Shown: positions 22,029-32,586, numbered from the stretch's first letter. The stretch is 64,000 nucleotides of DNA from Rhodospirillaceae bacterium (GCA_045564915.1 JBJLGL010000014.1:7691-71690), one strand, 5' to 3'. The notes: generated by a model from the letters alone, not told the origin. Numbers and translations are program-made.

Positions 22029-22661
22029 CTAATAGCTTTTAACAATAGAGGATAGTATGCCACCCAGCCGGATAACTGTTGAAGATGCGGGGTGACGCCG
22101 TTGAGAGAAATAAATCCATCTAGAATCTTTAGTTGCCCAAAATGCCTTACCATGCAAGGCCTGTAATCGCCGTCTTGCAAATCGCTTTGAGGCCCTACCA
22201 TAGAGAACTTTGTGAGAGTAAGGAGAGCGGTCAAACACTGCAACATGAACCGTTTGAAAGATTCTTGCCCAGCGGGCCCAGCGGGGAATTTGCTCTAAAT
22301 TATCGGCCCCCATGAGCCAAACAAATTTAGTCCTAGGAAACCGCATTTTCAGGATATCCAAGGTATGCCAGGTACGAAATGACCTCAAATCTTTTTCCAG
22401 ATTAAGCACATGAATCCGGGGTGCCCGCGCGATTCTCTGGGCCAGGATAGTTCGGTCACACAGGCTCATATCATGCTTCGGTTTCAAAGGGTTCTGGGGG
22501 CTGACTAACCACCAAACCTGATTCAGATCCAGCTTCCTAATGGCTTCCTCGCTGATATGCACATGACCTTCATGGGCCGGATTGAAAGATCCACCAAGCA
22601 GGCCAACTCTCATGCAGCGCCGATCCCCCCATTTCGTAGGCTTAAACACATCTAAATCCAA
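22029..22661 (-). CDS. nadD: nicotinate-nucleotide adenylyltransferase (start may be the Met at 22613)
   Basis: GGSFNPAHEGH motif and a C-terminal SSTVIR. Confidence 0.85.
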   Translation of the reverse strand: MDLDVFKPTKWGDRRCMRVGLLGGSFNPAHEGHVHISEEAIRKLDLNQVWWLVSPQNPLKPKHDMSLCDRTILAQRIARAPRIHVLNLEKDLRSFRTWHTLDILKMRFPRTKFVWLMGADNLEQIPRWARWARIFQTVHVAVFDRSPYSHKVLYGRASKRFARRRLQALHGKAFWATKDSRWIYFSQRRHPASSTVIRLGGILSSIVKSY

Positions 22662-22664
22662 AAT

Positions 22665-23960
22665 CTACGGGCGCGTAGTACCGTTACCACGGACTTTATA
22701 CTTAAAGGTAGTTAACTGCTCCACACCAACAGGGCCACGCGCATGCATTTTTCCCGTCGCGATTCCTATTTCCGCACCCATACCAAACTCACCGCCATCT
22801 GCGAATTGAGTCGAAGCATTGTGCATGACAATTGCACTCGACAGCCCATTCATAAAAGCTTCCGCTACATCTGAATCTTCTGTGACGATAGCATCGGTAT
22901 GCTCAGAACCATATTTGTTTATATGTTCAATCGCTTCTTCAACATTATCGACAACTTTAATGGATACAATAGCGTCTAGATATTCAGTAGACCAATCAGA
23001 ATCTTTGGCCCCCTTAACTAAGCTGTTAACTGACTGAACGGATTCATCACCCCGCACTTCACACCCAGCTTCAACTAGATCTTCGACCATAAGAGCGAGT
23101 AAATTCGGCACTATCAAACGGTCAACAAGGATCGTTTCAGTTGCACCACAAATACCAACCCGGCGCATCTTAGCATTGAGCACTATGCGCCTCGCTTTGA
23201 CTACATCAGCATCAGCGTGAATATAAGTGTGACACAAACCAACCAGATGCTGAAAGGTTGGAATCCGACTCTCCCGCATTACCCTCTCCGTCAAAGACTG
23301 GCCACCTCGCGGCACAATAACATCAACAAAATCGGTCATTGTCAGGAGTTTCCCGACTGCTGCTCTGTCTGTTGTTGGAACCATTTGAATACAAGAGATA
23401 GGCAAACCAGATACTGCTAATCCGTCATGGAGGCAGGAAAGAATAGCCGCGGAACTGTAGTAACTCTCAGAGCCACCTCGCAGTATACAAGCATTTCCAG
23501 CTTTAAGACATAAGGCGCCAGCATCCGCAGTTACATTAGGGCGAGATTCGTAGATGACACCAATTACACCCAACGGTGTCCTTACACGTTCAATCTTTAG
23601 GCCGCTTGGTCTTTGGAAGGCATCAATAATCTCACCAACCGGATCCTTCAATTCGGCGATATCCTCTAATCCCCCGGCCATGCCTTCTATACGGGCCTCA
23701 GTCAGTTCTAATCGATCAATAATCGCATTTTTTAGCCCCTTACTGCGGGCCCCTTCCATATCCAAGTCGTTCTGGGAAAGGAGTTGCTGAGAATTTTTTC
23801 TGAGGGCGCCTGCCGCCGCTCTGAGGGCAGAATTCTTTTGGTCCGTAGGCGCAATTGCTAGAACGCGCCCAGCGGTTACTGCACAACGTCCAACGTCTTC
23901 CATGATTTCATCTATGGTCTGACTAGCTCCATCATTTGATGTCTGCCCGCCACCGTTCAT
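22665..23960 (-). CDS. proA: glutamate-5-semialdehyde dehydrogenase
   Basis: 431-aa aldehyde-dehydrogenase-fold protein downstream of proB. Confidence 0.9.
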   Translation of the reverse strand: MNGGGQTSNDGASQTIDEIMEDVGRCAVTAGRVLAIAPTDQKNSALRAAAGALRKNSQQLLSQNDLDMEGARSKGLKNAIIDRLELTEARIEGMAGGLEDIAELKDPVGEIIDAFQRPSGLKIERVRTPLGVIGVIYESRPNVTADAGALCLKAGNACILRGGSESYYSSAAILSCLHDGLAVSGLPISCIQMVPTTDRAAVGKLLTMTDFVDVIVPRGGQSLTERVMRESRIPTFQHLVGLCHTYIHADADVVKARRIVLNAKMRRVGICGATETILVDRLIVPNLLALMVEDLVEAGCEVRGDESVQSVNSLVKGAKDSDWSTEYLDAIVSIKVVDNVEEAIEHINKYGSEHTDAIVTEDSDVAEAFMNGLSSAIVMHNASTQFADGGEFGMGAEIGIATGKMHARGPVGVEQLTTFKYKVRGNGTTRP

Positions 23961-24017
23961 TACATTTCTCCTTAATTAGATTTGCTCAGGTAATTCGCGC
24001 CTGTTTAGACCTAATAT

Positions 24018-25148
24018 CTAATTATTCAGTACGAGGTCATCCCGGTGTATGATTTCTCTGCGACCTGTATAACCAAGAATACCCTCAACCTCTGATGAAT
24101 GCCTTCCAATGATGCGCCTTACGTCATCAGATCCAAAAGCGCTAAGTCCTTTCCCCAGCGACTCACCATTTTGATTATTGATAGAGACGGCATCTCCACG
24201 ATCAAATTCACCCTCTACCCCAGCCACGCCGGCAGGCAATAAACTCTTGCCTTTATTCAGTGCATCAAGAGCCCCCGCATCGATGATCAGAGTGCCTGAC
24301 GGCTCCAACGTGCCGCTAATCCATTTCTTACGTGCTGCTTTTGGCTCAGCCGAACTCAAGAACCAAGTGCAGGGCTTGCCGCCCTCTAGAGCAGACAAAG
24401 GATTGGGTATGGACCCCAGTGCGATCGCCATATGACAACCTGCATCGGAGCAGATTTCGGCTGCATGCAACTTCGTCACCATGCCACCAGTCCCGTGTCC
24501 AGGCCTAGCTTTCCCCGCCATGCGTCGAATATTTTCGTCAACTTTATCAACCCGTTCAATACGTTCAGCGGCTGGGTCCTTTGTCGGATCACTGGTATAA
24601 AGCCCGTCTACATCAGAGAGTAGAATGCAGATATCCGCGCTAATCATCGCAGCCACGCGGGCTGCTAATCGATCATTATCGCCAAACCGAATTTCTTGAG
24701 TCGCCACCGTATCATTCTCATTAATGATGGGCACAGACCCCAGTTTTAGAAGTGTATCAAGCGTGGCCCGCGCGTTGAGAAACCGCCTACGATCTTCTGT
24801 ATCTTCAATAGTTAAGAGAATCTGGGCAACTGTCAGGTCATGCCGACTCAGGGATTCTTGATAGGCCTGGCTCAGGCGCATCTGCCCCGCCGCCGCCGCC
24901 GCCTGTTTTTCTTCTAGCCGCATACTACGCTGGGCAAGACCAAGAGGTCTGCGTCCAATCGCAATAGCTCCTGATGTGACAATTGCTACATACTGGCCTC
25001 GTTTTCGCATTGTCGCAATATCATCACATACAGCATCAAGCCACGCACGATGCAGGTCACCAGTTTCACCATCAACCAAAAGGACTGAGCCAATCTTGAC
25101 AACAACCCGTTCAGCACTAGCAATGTTAACAGATCTCAAGGAGTCCAT
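24018..25148 (-). CDS. proB: glutamate 5-kinase
   Basis: 376 aa with an amino-acid kinase domain plus a C-terminal PUA domain. Confidence 0.9.
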   Translation of the reverse strand: MDSLRSVNIASAERVVVKIGSVLLVDGETGDLHRAWLDAVCDDIATMRKRGQYVAIVTSGAIAIGRRPLGLAQRSMRLEEKQAAAAAGQMRLSQAYQESLSRHDLTVAQILLTIEDTEDRRRFLNARATLDTLLKLGSVPIINENDTVATQEIRFGDNDRLAARVAAMISADICILLSDVDGLYTSDPTKDPAAERIERVDKVDENIRRMAGKARPGHGTGGMVTKLHAAEICSDAGCHMAIALGSIPNPLSALEGGKPCTWFLSSAEPKAARKKWISGTLEPSGTLIIDAGALDALNKGKSLLPAGVAGVEGEFDRGDAVSINNQNGESLGKGLSAFGSDDVRRIIGRHSSEVEGILGYTGRREIIHRDDLVLNN

Positions 25149-26188
25149 GATGTGTCTTCCAACAGCGCACCTTTTGGGGGTTCAAGGGGATCCGTCTTAA
25201 CCTTTAAAGGTATGCTATTAAACAAGGCGCGCAATAGTTTCGTCCGGCCACGACCAGATATACCCGATAATGGGAAAACATGTCTAAGACCCGCTGCCAA
25301 TAGCGCGCTCTTCCGCTCAACAATATCATTTTCCACCATTGCGTCGCACTTGTTGAGCGCCACGACCTCTATTTTGTCATCCAGACCGGAACCATACTCC
25401 ACCAATTCATTTCGTACCGTTAGATAGGAAAGCACAGGATCATCGGCCGTTCCATCAATCAAATGCAACAAGACGCCACAGCGCTCAATGTGCCCAAGAA
25501 ACCGAGTCCCAAGGCCAACCCCTTTATGAGCACCTTCAATTAGCCCAGGAATATCCGCAATTACAACTTCACGATCATCAACTGACGCTACACCCAGGTT
25601 TGGATGCAGTGTTGTGAATGGATAGCCAGCAATTTTTGGCCGAGCACGGGTCACACTTGCTAAGAATGTAGATTTGCCCGCATTCGGCAGCCCAACCAAC
25701 CCAATATCCGCAAGGAGCTTTAGCCGAAGCCAAACCCACTGTTCTTCTCCGGGCTGCCCTGGATTGGCATTGCGTGGCGCCTGATTTGTCGAACTCTTAA
25801 ATCGGGCATTGCCCCAACCACCATTGCCACCAGAAAGAAAAACAAATTCGGCGCCCTGTTCGGTGAGATCAGCTAAGACAATTTCACGGTCTTCGGCGAG
25901 TATTTCCGTTCCAACGGGAACAGGAATCCGAAGAGGAGAACCGCTTTTCCCAGACCGATCGCTTCCCGCTCCAGCTTCACCGCTCGGCGCTTTAAAATGC
26001 TGGCGATACCTGAAATCAATAAGGGTGTTCAAAGAAGAGTCGGCATAAAATATTATATCCCCGCCGCGACCTCCATCGCCGCCATTAGGGCCACCAAATT
26101 CAATGTATTTCTCGCGACGAAAGGCGACACAGCCCGGACCGCCATTACCGCTTCGTATAAATATCTTTGCCTGATCGAGAAATTTCAT
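25136..26188 (-). CDS. obg: GTPase Obg/CgtA
   Basis: 350 aa, [27 protein letters not shown]..., with G1 motif GLPNAGKST. Confidence 0.95.
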   Translation of the reverse strand: MKFLDQAKIFIRSGNGGPGCVAFRREKYIEFGGPNGGDGGRGGDIIFYADSSLNTLIDFRYRQHFKAPSGEAGAGSDRSGKSGSPLRIPVPVGTEILAEDREIVLADLTEQGAEFVFLSGGNGGWGNARFKSSTNQAPRNANPGQPGEEQWVWLRLKLLADIGLVGLPNAGKSTFLASVTRARPKIAGYPFTTLHPNLGVASVDDREVVIADIPGLIEGAHKGVGLGTRFLGHIERCGVLLHLIDGTADDPVLSYLTVRNELVEYGSGLDDKIEVVALNKCDAMVENDIVERKSALLAAGLRHVFPLSGISGRGRTKLLRALFNSIPLKVKTDPLEPPKGALLEDTSWTP

Positions 26189-26230
26189 GATTTTGTTGCC
26201 GACAGCTTGTCACCAATGCACTTGAAGACC

Positions 26231-26262
26231 AAAGAAAAAGGGGAATGGAAGCCCATTCCCCC
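26231..26262 (-). terminator. Rho-independent terminator after rplU-rpmA
   Basis: Perfect 9-bp stem GGGGAATGG (26240-26248) / CCATTCCCC (26253-26261) with a 4-nt loop. On the minus strand it is followed by TTTTTCTTT. Confidence 0.7.
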
Positions 26263-26304
26263 CTCATAACTATAGTCGGTGCGAGAACGTTCTTGGGTTT
26301 TGGG

Positions 26305-26562
26305 TCAGCTTACTGGATCGACGGATACAAAAGTACGCCCCTTAGCGCCCTTTTTAAAACTTACTTTGCCATCGGCTCGAGCGAAGATCGTGTAGTCGCG
26401 CCCCAAACCAACGTTTTCACCCGGATGCCATTTTGTTCCACATTGACGAACAATAATATTACCAGCGATAACTGCTTCACCGCCGAACTTCTTAACACCT
26501 AAGCGCTTGCCAGCAGAATCACGCCCATTGCGAGAACTGCCGCCTGATTTCTTATGCGCCAT
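26305..26562 (-). CDS. rpmA: 50S ribosomal protein L27
   Basis: 85 aa, [16 protein letters not shown]... Confidence 0.95.
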   Translation of the reverse strand: MAHKKSGGSSRNGRDSAGKRLGVKKFGGEAVIAGNIIVRQCGTKWHPGENVGLGRDYTIFARADGKVSFKKGAKGRTFVSVDPVS

Positions 26563-26577
26563 TTTCCATATCTCCTA

Positions 26578-27024
26578 TCAGCTTTCCTCGGCAGAGACTT
26601 TTTCAGGTCTTGCCACTTCAGCTTCCTTCGCAGTCGCCTTTTTAGCAGTCGCCTTTTTAGCAGTCGCCTTTTTAGCAGTCGCCTTTTTGGCAGTCGCCTT
26701 TTTGGCAGTCGCCTCTGGCTTTTTGACAGGATCAATATCTGTAATTTGAATGACGGTCAAATCCTGCCGATGACCAGCTGTCCTTTTGTAGTCCTTGCGA
26801 CGTTTCTTCTTGAAGACAACAATCTTATCGCCGCGCGACTGTTCAACAATTCTGCCCTTAACACTGGCTCCGGCAACATTAGGTGTCCCAGCCTTGTCGC
26901 CCACCATGAGCACCTCATCAAAGGTAACGGATGCACCAGAAACTCCGGCAACTCGTTCGACGGTTATGACGTCATCCTTTGTTACGCGGTACTGTTTGCC
27001 GCCTGTCTTTATGACTGCGTACAT
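26578..27024 (-). CDS. rplU: 50S ribosomal protein L21 with a repetitive Ala/Lys/Thr C-terminal extension
   Basis: The canonical start [14 protein letters not shown] is at 27024; the track ORF extends to 27153. The C-terminus is KKPE(ATAKK)5[19 protein letters not shown]. Confidence 0.9.
   Translation of the reverse strand: MYAVIKTGGKQYRVTKDDVITVERVAGVSGASVTFDEVLMVGDKAGTPNVAGASVKGRIVEQSRGDKIVVFKKKRRKDYKRTAGHRQDLTVIQITDIDPVKKPEATAKKATAKKATAKKATAKKATAKKATAKEAEVARPEKVSAEES
26630..26716. repeat. 15-bp tandem repeat, about 6 units (gcagtcgccttttta/g), inside the rplU 3' end
   Basis: Units start at 26630, 26645, 26660, 26675, 26690 and 26705. The first five are near-identical, differing only by a/g. 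Confidence 0.9.
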
Positions 27025-27239
27025 GATCGACCTTCCGAGAAACGAAAACAGCGGGACCACGCCCGCTCGATTTGGCGGAAATATACGCACCCAACCCTCT
27101 GAGTCAACGGTTTGGGCTCTAATCTGCAGTATTCTTAGCGCTATACGTGCCAAATCCTGCCAAAAAAAGTAATTTAGCCTAATTGAAGCATAAAACAGCT
27201 TACTGTAGTGTCCCTCTCCCCTTCAATCGATGACCTTGC

Positions 27240-27329
27240 GGAGAGGTGCCGGAGTGGTCGAACGGGGCGGTCTCGAAAACCGTTGCGCGCGCGAGTGTGC
27301 CGTGGGTTCGAATCCCACCCTCTCCGCCA
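27240..27329 (+). tRNA. tRNA-Ser (anticodon CGA), canonical copy
   Basis: GGAGAGG acceptor stem, anticodon loop CUCGAAA, long variable arm GCGCGC-GCGA-GTGTGC, T arm GTGGG-TTCGAAT-CCCAC, discriminator G, encoded CCA. Confidence 0.9.
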
Positions 27330-27601
27330 TTTACCCGGAATAAGTTCTTTTTATCAATAGGTTATAATATGCCCTTGTCTGCATGGGCGCTAGCTTTGCC
27401 ACTGCCAGGCGTTTTGGTTTCCTTATAAATACAGGCGAAATGCAAGCGAAGCAGGTGAAGCAAGCGTATCCCATATGGGGGAGTTGGGACAGTGGTACAT
27501 CCAGCCGCAGCAGTTAGTGCAGGCGACGAAGAGAAATCATGTGATACAAATACCGGTGGCCGTTAGCATGTCGTAAACATTGGATTGTAGAAGGTGAGAC
27601 C

Positions 27602-28306
27602 GTGAGCGAACTCAATTACGATGATATTGTCCGCATTCTTGATCAAAAGGGATTCACTGTTAGTCCGAAAGCCGCGGTGCGGGATTATGATAAATATCTG
27701 GATCAGAGCGAGTTTCGCTACATTCTTTGGCTTGACCGTATCTTCCAGAAAATTCAGCGTGTTCCTGGTCATATTGTTGAAATCGGTGTTGCACGCGGGC
27801 GAAATGCCCTCATCTTTGGTCACCTCATCAAGATGAATGGCGAAGATAGCATCAGGAATTACTATGGCTTTGATACCTTCGAAGGATACACCGAAGAAGA
27901 TTTACGCAGGAGCCCTCACCTATCTGCTGATGAATGGAAACAAACTACCTTTGATTTCGTCAGGGACCGTATCCATCTACAAGGTTTGAGCAATTCCTGC
28001 CATCTCTTTAAGGGCGACATTAAGGAGGTTGCACAAGATTTTATCAATTCTAAGCAGGCAAAATTCAACCCGGGAAAAATGAAGGTGGCATTACTCTATA
28101 TTGATTGTAACGCTTATTTACCGGCAAAGTTTTCCATGGATTTTTTCAAAGACTACATGTCACCGGGAGGCATTGTTTGTATTGACGAGAAATTACAAGG
28201 TGGAGAAATAGAAGCGTTAATGGAATTTTGCAGTGAGAACGGTTTAATCGCGGAAAAAGACCCGGGTCCATTCGGCATGCCAGCCTATACCGTTTTCAGG
28301 CCGTAA
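27602..28306 (+). CDS. TylF/MycF-like SAM-dependent O-methyltransferase
   Basis: 234 aa with a GTG start. Contains GHIVEIGVARGRNA, YGFDTFEGY and LLYIDCNAY, resembling the macrocin O-methyltransferase family. Confidence 0.65.
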   Translation: MSELNYDDIVRILDQKGFTVSPKAAVRDYDKYLDQSEFRYILWLDRIFQKIQRVPGHIVEIGVARGRNALIFGHLIKMNGEDSIRNYYGFDTFEGYTEEDLRRSPHLSADEWKQTTFDFVRDRIHLQGLSNSCHLFKGDIKEVAQDFINSKQAKFNPGKMKVALLYIDCNAYLPAKFSMDFFKDYMSPGGIVCIDEKLQGGEIEALMEFCSENGLIAEKDPGPFGMPAYTVFRP

Positions 28307-28357
28307 AAGTGATTAATCCGTATTAGCGCCTTTTGCCATTTTAGCATGCCTAGACAC

Positions 28358-28709
28358 TCACTGCGGCTCTGAAAGATATAGCGTTTTTGTGAGAAGTGCT
28401 TGATCATGCTTGACCATATTTTCCATTATACGCGGTATGATCGTTGCAGCCTGCCATCCACATATCTGTTCAATGAGGTTTGGTTTGAAAACCAAGAATG
28501 GCCTTACCTCAACTTTTTCGCCATCAAAGTAATCGCGCCAATCTAATCCGACAGCTTCAAACGCCACATCGAGAAGGTCCTTGAGAAACGTGGCTTTGCC
28601 GGATGAAGTAATAAAAGCTTCATTGAGGCCCATGTCGGCCATCATGGCCAGTAGCTCCGGTGGTCAAAACTGTTTCTAGTTTACCGAGATTAGAATCAGT
28701 ATCTGTCAT
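28358..28709 (-). pseudogene. Gmd-like NDP-sugar 4,6-dehydratase/epimerase remnant with a large internal deletion
   Basis: The ATG at 28709 overlaps the upstream stop (ATGA) and encodes MTDTDSNLGKLETVLTTGATGHDG, then a stop at 28622-28620. A shifted frame (28645-28358) encodes only the C-terminal ~90 aa (...AFEAVGLDWRDY...CGWQA...MVKHD). Confidence 0.6.
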
Positions 28710-29974
28710 CCCGTAACAAGAGTAAATTCTGGCAGGGGAAACAATAGCGTTCCGCCCCCATCCAAGAAGGATCGTTCTCGTCGAATAATCTCGTCACGAA
28801 AATGCCAAGGGAACACCACAAATATATCCGGACCCATGGCGCGGCCTTTAGCCTCAGATACGATGGGAATGTTGGTGCCCGGTGTGCGGCAACCGAATTT
28901 TCTCGGGTCCCTCTCGGCAATAGCTGGCATGAGGTCAGGCGTTATACTACAATATTGCAGAAGTACGTTTCCCTTCGTCGACGCGCCGTAGCCCAAAACC
29001 ATCCGACCATCCGCATTAGCTTTGAGAATATAGTTGCGAAACCTCTCTCTGTGACTAATAACCCGTTCGCAAAACTGTGCCCATGTATTGGTGTTTTCTA
29101 GCCCCATTTGATTCTCTAAATCTAACAATCTGTTAAGAGCTACACTGTTAGGCCGGTAATCAGAGTCATCTTGGGCAAAGAGAACAGAAAAGCTGCCACC
29201 ATTAACTGAGTTTCTGCGTGTATCTATAGCTTTCAATCCAACTTTCTTGCCAAGATCCATCAGTATTTTGAGTGTGAGGTATGTGACATGCTCATGGCAG
29301 ATGGAATCGTAGCAAAGCTGGTCAAACATAGCCCCAGCGTGGCTTTGTTCTGTGAACCAAACGCCATCATTTGCCAAAAGGCTCTGGACGTCAGTCATAA
29401 AATCCGACAAGGCCTCGATGTCGTAAAGCATCGCTACTGACGTTATAGCTTTGAATTGTACGCCTGGCCTGACACGCTTAACCGCTTCGGTTGAGAAAAA
29501 GTCTACTTCAAGTGCGGCTTCAGATACATACCGATCACGATATTGCTCTGCAGATGGGTCTATGCCCGTGAGCAACAAGTCTTGATTCTTAAAATTCGAG
29601 AGAAGCGTGCCATCATTGCTGCCTATATCGAGAATAGCGTCACCGGGGCGGAGGCGGGCCCACCCGGATACATACCCGGCAATATCGGCTAGGTGACTGC
29701 GCATGGTTGCCGTGATAGCCGAAGCGTAGCCGTATGTTTCGCCATACATCTCTGATGGTGCGAAACTTCGAGAAAGTTGTACGAGGCCACAACCTTTATT
29801 TTTATCGCCAGCTTCACATATGACCAATCCCACACAACCCGTTGAGGGATCTGGTTCTCCGGATGCCGGGAAACGTCCACTTAGTGCTTGGTACCCCAAG
29901 TCCAAGATGGGACGCAGAACCTGACTACCGCAGGCACGACAATTCAGGACGGGTTCGTCAACTATACTAGTCAC
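28706..29974 (-). CDS. NDP-hexose C-methyltransferase-type enzyme (zinc-ribbon N-domain, class I MTase, C-MT C-terminal domain)
   Basis: 422 aa. Has N-terminal CRACGS...LDLGYQALSGRF...CGLVQL and a central DIGSNDG SAM motif. The architecture resembles TylCIII/EryBIII-type enzymes. Confidence 0.7.
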   Translation of the reverse strand: MTSIVDEPVLNCRACGSQVLRPILDLGYQALSGRFPASGEPDPSTGCVGLVICEAGDKNKGCGLVQLSRSFAPSEMYGETYGYASAITATMRSHLADIAGYVSGWARLRPGDAILDIGSNDGTLLSNFKNQDLLLTGIDPSAEQYRDRYVSEAALEVDFFSTEAVKRVRPGVQFKAITSVAMLYDIEALSDFMTDVQSLLANDGVWFTEQSHAGAMFDQLCYDSICHEHVTYLTLKILMDLGKKVGLKAIDTRRNSVNGGSFSVLFAQDDSDYRPNSVALNRLLDLENQMGLENTNTWAQFCERVISHRERFRNYILKANADGRMVLGYGASTKGNVLLQYCSITPDLMPAIAERDPRKFGCRTPGTNIPIVSEAKGRAMGPDIFVVFPWHFRDEIIRRERSFLDGGGTLLFPLPEFTLVTG

Positions 29975-30006
29975 GCAACCGAACTTTCCATGTTTTCACC
30001 TTGTAC

Positions 30007-30816
30007 TTACTCTGAATTGGTCAATGCTCTTGCAAGGTCGACAACCTCTGCCCGCACAAAATCATCAAAAAAATTTGGCGGGCGATCAAAACAATCCGCT
30101 AGAGAGAGATCCTCATTGCGCACATAGAAGCGATTAAGGCCATCATAGTATGCGAAAGTATAATTGGCTTCCAACAAAATAAACTCCCATTGCTCCCAAT
30201 TGGGTCGATCAGTCTCTGGATAGGTGGCTTCAGCAAGCACAATTCTCGGCCGATGACGTTGCCAGTCACCGCCTACAATTACGTCATACTCAGCACCTTC
30301 GACATCTATTTTTAGAAAATCAATTGTCCTTGATGCGTACTCGTCCAAAAGAGAAGCTAAAGTCCGAGTAGGTACCTCGCACTCCCGAATTTCCAGCCCT
30401 CTCTTTTTATAAGAGGCCGCCAATTCAGCAAGAGCCGTTGTACGGGAAGTATTTGGGAGCGAATAGATTTTGGTGTCTCCGTCTTTCTGGCCGATAGCAA
30501 AACACAAATTGGTGTCTTTCGGTCGCAACTGATTAAAAAGTTCAATATTTTTTTCGTCCGGATCGATGTTCACACCCGACCAACCGCGCAATTGAAAGTG
30601 CTGAGTTACAGAATTCTTCACTGGGTGAAAAGCACCAATGTCGACAAAGAAACCGTTTGTTTGATCAGGAAAAGCGCGGCGCAAAAGTACATCTTCATAA
30701 TTCTGGGCATAGGAAACCATAGCGCCGTCATTCACTCTTGCTATCACCATGGATGCAAGGTTATAGGCCGACGAACGCTGAGAATTGTCCGGTAAACCGC
30801 TCATAATTATAACCAC
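30007..30816 (-). CDS. FkbM-family methyltransferase
   Basis: 269 aa with FVDIGAFHPV and IDFLKIDVEGAEYDVI. Confidence 0.8.
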   Translation of the reverse strand: MVIIMSGLPDNSQRSSAYNLASMVIARVNDGAMVSYAQNYEDVLLRRAFPDQTNGFFVDIGAFHPVKNSVTQHFQLRGWSGVNIDPDEKNIELFNQLRPKDTNLCFAIGQKDGDTKIYSLPNTSRTTALAELAASYKKRGLEIRECEVPTRTLASLLDEYASRTIDFLKIDVEGAEYDVIVGGDWQRHRPRIVLAEATYPETDRPNWEQWEFILLEANYTFAYYDGLNRFYVRNEDLSLADCFDRPPNFFDDFVRAEVVDLARALTNSE

Positions 30817-31122
30817 TCCGCGACGCTCATCAATTTACTACAACGTCCAGATTCTTAGAAAAGGGGTAAACTGGCGCGTATTGTGCTCTCATTCTTTGTT
30901 TCAAAGACAAAAATCTCTGTCCCTCATCTATTCTACGTCAAATGGCAATATTGACGATACCGCAAACTCACATGGCCCCTTGATTAAAATACTTTGTGAC
31001 GCCACTTGTTGATGACCTAGATTAGCACCTATCCCAATTGTTTAGTATTTGCGAGGCATGAGGACCTTTATATTTTTTTTGTCTGCAGAGATTTTTACGA
31101 CCTCTAGGACTATAATATTCGA

Positions 31123-32586
31123 CTAAGATTTTGGGAAAAAATTTGCCGAAAAAAGATGATAATAAATTGTGGGATTATCTTGAGACAGCTCCTCACCCAT
31201 CATACTTGCAAACTCTGGGAGCGTGTTATTAAGCTGCATGACAGTCTCAGACCAATTTCCGATAGAGAGGCGTTTTTCTGTCTCGGCAAAAAGGCCTGTT
31301 AAACGAGCGCGTAATTTTAAATCAAGTTCATGGCCAAGAATCTCATCCTTCATTTCCAAAACGTTCTCAGCATTACTCGAGAGCAAGATAAACGAAGCTC
31401 TTAAAACTTTAAGGATAAGTGGGTCTAGGTTGTCATCTTGCTCAGCAATGATTTCCCATTTCTTTTGCGGATCATTTTCTGAGAAGAACTTTTCTAAACG
31501 CTTGAGACTGCTATCCAATGACGAACTCAATTCTCCCTTTTCACACGCCTGCACAATTGACTCTATTGATTTTCCGAATCCGAACGATATGAGATGCCCC
31601 ATAGCGTCTAAACAGTATTCTGAAACACCCTGTTTTGGTTCTGCCGCACTTGCGGTGACTTGGTAATGGATGGCATTTGCTGGCCTACTCGGAAGTTTTC
31701 GTGGAACTACAGATTGAACATCAAAATGGTGTAAATTGAAGTCCGAAAAACATTTTGCTCCACTGATTCCAGGAACACTTTGTCTGTTTACAAAATAGAA
31801 AATTCCAGTCGCAGTAAGGTGCTTAAGAATCCATTGCGAATACGCCTGCGCAGTTTTTAGAGGCATTTCGCCCATGCTAGCCACGTTAATGACAAGATCG
31901 AAGTCCCGCCTCTCTATCTTGTCGATAATGTCTGGCACACAAAAATTTAAGTCGCGGTCACATGACAGTGTGTCCGGCTCATCGGCGAATACTACGCCAT
32001 GAGTCTTACCCGGCATGCAAAGCGGAAGATACATGGAAGCAAGATATAGATTCTCAGGCAGGTCAATGACGGTATAGGAGCTTATATCAAGGTATTCGTG
32101 CAAAGCGTACGCTGTCGAGCCGAATCCAGCGCCGATCTCGCACACTTTCAGATCCGATGTCTTGGCAGAGAAAGCATTAAATCTCTCTGCTATGGTGTAC
32201 GCAGAGACAACATTCTTTGCAAAGTTTGCGCTGAAAAGGTTCCCTTGGTATGAAAACACTTCAGGTGTTCCCAAAGTTGGCTCAGTAACCGTTTTAAAAA
32301 TATCTGCGGGAACATCATACAACATCAGCAGCCTGAGCATGGACTCAAAAAAGCGCTTTCTTTCTTGATACCCTGCTGTTGAATCCCCCAGGCCTACAGC
32401 ACCACCGACCGACGAATTTCTAAAAAGGTGAAATTTTTCCTCGGACATAAAGTTTGGTCTGTTGCTGAACAAACCCTGCCATAACTCAGATACACTGGCA
32501 TACACGTTATCGGTAGCACCTTTAGAAAGGAGCTCAAACTCTTCCCGACGTCGTTTAGATAGATTAGCAATGTGCTTAAAATCCAT
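31123..32586 (-). CDS. class I SAM-dependent methyltransferase with a ~170-aa helical C-terminal extension (sugar O-methyltransferase-like)
   Basis: 487 aa with VCEIGAGFGSTAYAL and TVIDLPEN. GGAG lies 10 nt upstream of the ATG. Confidence 0.55.
   Translation of the reverse strand: MDFKHIANLSKRRREEFELLSKGATDNVYASVSELWQGLFSNRPNFMSEEKFHLFRNSSVGGAVGLGDSTAGYQERKRFFESMLRLLMLYDVPADIFKTVTEPTLGTPEVFSYQGNLFSANFAKNVVSAYTIAERFNAFSAKTSDLKVCEIGAGFGSTAYALHEYLDISSYTVIDLPENLYLASMYLPLCMPGKTHGVVFADEPDTLSCDRDLNFCVPDIIDKIERRDFDLVINVASMGEMPLKTAQAYSQWILKHLTATGIFYFVNRQSVPGISGAKCFSDFNLHHFDVQSVVPRKLPSRPANAIHYQVTASAAEPKQGVSEYCLDAMGHLISFGFGKSIESIVQACEKGELSSSLDSSLKRLEKFFSENDPQKKWEIIAEQDDNLDPLILKVLRASFILLSSNAENVLEMKDEILGHELDLKLRARLTGLFAETEKRLSIGNWSETVMQLNNTLPEFASMMGEELSQDNPTIYYHLFSANFFPKS

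Noticed and set aside
21953-22246. A 97-aa ORF bridging the nadD 3' end and the rsfS start. I checked it as a possible frameshifted extension.
   Set aside because: It has no recognisable similarity. NadD ends with its normal ...SSTVIR region in its own frame, and RsfS starts normally (LEDDKAQDISVIDL).
26630-26716. Possible CRISPR-like array.
   Set aside because: The units are contiguous 15-mers with no spacers, they lie inside a coding frame, and no cas genes are present.
26499-27102. ORFs with striking RRLLK / AFLAV / SRLFS repeats.
   Set aside because: These are alternative frames and the opposite strand of the 15-bp tandem repeat inside rplU. The L21 frame is the real one.
27246-27428. 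A 60-aa ORF (MPEWSNGAVSKTV...) and its twin at 36402-36668.
   Set aside because: Both are read-throughs of the tRNA-Ser genes. Their similarity only reflects the tRNA duplication.
30909-31096. An 11-nt inverted repeat (aaaaatctctg at 30909-30919, cagagattttt at 31086-31096) in the 306-bp gap. I considered it as MITE-like termini.
   Set aside because: The arms are short and AT-rich. There are no target-site duplications and no second copy in the window. It may be chance.
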